From contig JAMLJD010000002.1 of the NCBI GenBank assembly GCA_023953775.1, positions 39,245 to 103,244 of the forward strand: DNA of 64,000 nt, written 5' to 3'. Both the position numbers and the translations under genes were made by a program. Origin of the DNA: Rhizobiaceae bacterium (GTDB taxonomy: Bacteria > Pseudomonadota > Alphaproteobacteria > Rhizobiales > Rhizobiaceae). This document shows positions 62,304 through 64,000 of this stretch, piece after piece (within the stretch, counting starts at the first letter, position 1; the number at the start of each line of letters is the position of its first letter). Under the pieces are notes generated by a model. The model saw only the letters and a program-made list of their open reading frames with translations, had not been told where the DNA came from and did no database searches.

Positions 62304-63458
62304 ATGACGGAGCATATCCAACCCAGCTATGCGGGCTTGCGTGTCGTCGATTTCACCAGGGTACTTGCCGGACCTTTCGCGACCATGATCCTTGCCGATC
62401 TTGGCGCCGAGGTCATCAAGGTCGAAGCGGAAAGGGGCGACGATTCCCGGCATCTCCCGCCGAAATGGGGCCAGGAGAGCACCGCATTCCTGGCCGTGAA
62501 CCGCAATAAGAAAAGCGTCGTCCTCGACCTCAAGACGGCGGCTGGAAGTGCTGCCGCACTGAAGCTGTGCCAGACTGCCGACGTGGTCATTGAGAGCTTC
62601 CGCCCAGGCACCATGGAACGATTGGGGCTTGGATTCGACGCTGTCGCCGCCGGAAACGACCGTGTCGTCTATTGTTCCATTTCCGCATTCGGCGCCGGAC
62701 GGCTGGGCCGTGACATGCCGGGCTATGACGCTCTGCTGCAGGCTTTCTCAGGCATCCTCAAATCGACCGGACATCCCGGTGAGGCCCCTGTCCGCATCGG
62801 GCCATCGGCGATCGATCTCACGACGGGTATGTGGGCGGCCATCCAGATCATGGCGGCACTTGCCCGACGCGACCGGATTTCCGCCCCGCAGCGTCTGGAT
62901 GCGGTCCTGATCGACGCTTCTCTCAACCTTATGTGCCATCAACTGATCGGCACTCTGGCGACTGGCGTCGCACCACAGCCACAGGGTTCTGGTGCACCAA
63001 GCACTGCGCCATACGAGATATTCCGGGCCAGCGACGGCGAACTAATGATCGCCGCGGGAAACGACAGGCTGTTCGCCATACTGTGCGCGGAGATCGGTCG
63101 TCCAGAGCTTGCAACATTACCGAACTACCGGACGATGTCGGACCGGGTCGCAAATCGGCGTGCCCTGCATGATGCGATCGAATCCAGGCTTCTTGAAGAC
63201 AGCGTCGGGCAATGGCTTCGGCGGCTCGCCGCCGCTGGTGTCCCAGCCGGAGCGGTTCAGGATCTGAAGCAGGCAGCCGAGCATCCCCTCGTGGCGGAGC
63301 GTAGCCTGATATATCCGAGTCCGACGGACGACGCTCCGGACCTCAGATTGCTTAGGCTGCCGCTGGGCGACCTCGCATGCCACAGATTGCCGCCGCCGAA
63401 GCTTGGCGAGCATACAGAAGAAGTGTTGCGCGACATGGGCATCGATGACCCAGGATAG
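62304..63458 (+). CDS. Family III CoA-transferase (CaiB/BaiF), second copy
   Basis: The ORF contains GLRVVDFTRVLAGPFATMILADLGAEVIKVE and is 384 aa long. Confidence 0.9.
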   Translation: MTEHIQPSYAGLRVVDFTRVLAGPFATMILADLGAEVIKVEAERGDDSRHLPPKWGQESTAFLAVNRNKKSVVLDLKTAAGSAAALKLCQTADVVIESFRPGTMERLGLGFDAVAAGNDRVVYCSISAFGAGRLGRDMPGYDALLQAFSGILKSTGHPGEAPVRIGPSAIDLTTGMWAAIQIMAALARRDRISAPQRLDAVLIDASLNLMCHQLIGTLATGVAPQPQGSGAPSTAPYEIFRASDGELMIAAGNDRLFAILCAEIGRPELATLPNYRTMSDRVANRRALHDAIESRLLEDSVGQWLRRLAAAGVPAGAVQDLKQAAEHPLVAERSLIYPSPTDDAPDLRLLRLPLGDLACHRLPPPKLGEHTEEVLRDMGIDDPG

Positions 63459-63509
63459 GCGGCAGACCCGGCGCATGTGGACATGACGCCGGGCACCGCT
63501 CAGGCTGAT

Positions 63510-64000
63510 CTAGCCGGTGGCGGTTTCCGCCTCGCGCGCAGATGCTGACGGCTTTCCGCCACCCTTGTCGCCCGCATCGGAGAAGATGAACCCGCGATAG
63601 TCGTCGTCGCGAATGTCCTTGCAGAGCGCCTTGAATTTCGGATTCCCGCCCGCGTAGAACAAGACCTGACGCACCTGCCGTCCGGGGATGTTGTTGTTGA
63701 CCCCCGTGAACCAGGAATTGGTCGAGCCCAGCAGCGAATGGCCGAGCAATTCGTGGCACAGCTCGTTCCAGTCATGTTGCGCCTGTCTGGTCGGCTCGAT
63801 CCGCGTCGCACCTTCGGCGCGCGCGTCGACCATCAACTGCGTGATCCAGTCGATGGCTGTCACCGAGCAGCGCGGCAGGTTGCAAAACACAGTCCCGTTC
63901 TGCGGCCCGATCAGCGTGAAAAGGTTCGGGAAACCGACGATCTGGAGCCCGAGATAGGTCTGCACGCCATCCGCCCAGGCCTCCTTCAGGGTGACGCCGT
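63510..64000 (-). CDS. Type I Baeyer-Villiger monooxygenase, second copy, C-terminal part only (gene continues past the window end)
   Basis: The ORF reads ...YLGLQIVGFPNLFTLIGPQNGTVFCNLPRCSVTAIDWITQLM...NSWFTGVNNNIPGR...FYAGGNPKF. It is colinear with, and paralogous to, the broken BVMO at 25850-27492, and its frame is intact. Confidence 0.8.
   Translation of the reverse strand, partial: GVTLKEAWADGVQTYLGLQIVGFPNLFTLIGPQNGTVFCNLPRCSVTAIDWITQLMVDARAEGATRIEPTRQAQHDWNELCHELLGHSLLGSTNSWFTGVNNNIPGRQVRQVLFYAGGNPKFKALCKDIRDDDYRGFIFSDAGDKGGGKPSASAREAETATG

Noticed and set aside
1-64000. Search for tRNA, rRNA, tmRNA, riboswitches (cobalamin, SAM-II, glycine), CRISPR arrays, transposases, integrases, toxin-antitoxin pairs and known defence-system genes
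   Set aside because: I recognised none by eye in intergenic regions or ORF translations. In particular, no B12-box-like element lies upstream of the MttB/corrinoid genes. Absence should be confirmed with tRNAscan-SE, Rfam/Infernal and defence-system HMM tools.

Overview
This is a high-GC segment that looks alphaproteobacterial (Rhizobiales-like). It is densely coding, with about 60 genes. I found no rRNA, tRNA, CRISPR array, transposase, integrase or phage genes.

All family assignments come from reading the supplied translations and recognising motifs. No database search was run. Start codons were chosen by ATG/GTG position plus a Shine-Dalgarno check and may be off by a few codons.

Layout:
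(a) 1-8.3 kb holds methylated-osmolyte and one-carbon genes: a GcvT-family gene end, a DddP-like M24 enzyme and a betaine/homocysteine-type S-methyltransferase. They are mixed with a NYN/OST-HTH protein, PPK2, a PhnD-like protein, a desaturase and an XRE regulator.
(b) 8.3-13.9 kb holds a PadR regulator with an RGG-like tail, a translationally coupled ECF sigma factor and vWA membrane protein, a ferredoxin-like protein, a dienelactone hydrolase and cytochrome b561.
(c) 14-17.4 kb holds a non-pyrrolysine MttB-family methyltransferase, divergent from a corrinoid protein and followed by a DUF1638 gene. This is my best candidate for an uncharacterised system.
(d) 17.5-22.1 kb holds three DUF/ExoD genes and a Cu-type P1B ATPase behind a textbook CueR-type operator. 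No regulator gene lies nearby.
(e) 22.3-64 kb is a large accessory catabolic island. It contains two type-I Baeyer-Villiger monooxygenases, a PRISE-like enone reductase, an SMP-30 lactonase, a luciferase-like monooxygenase, a flavin-reductase::MarR fusion, two family-III CoA-transferases, two acyl-CoA ligases and an 8-gene beta-oxidation/retro-aldol-like operon (MaoC, Ltp-like thiolase, DUF35, ligase, thiolase, ECH, ACAD, SDR). It also carries several SDRs and three uptake systems (Liv-type ABC, TRAP, Fe3+/polyamine-type ABC).

A striking sequence-level feature is that seven genes carry tight clusters of frameshifts while their neighbours are intact. A 352-bp MITE/RIME-like inverted-repeat element sits at 57.75-58.1 kb and supplies the stop codon of the adjacent permease gene.
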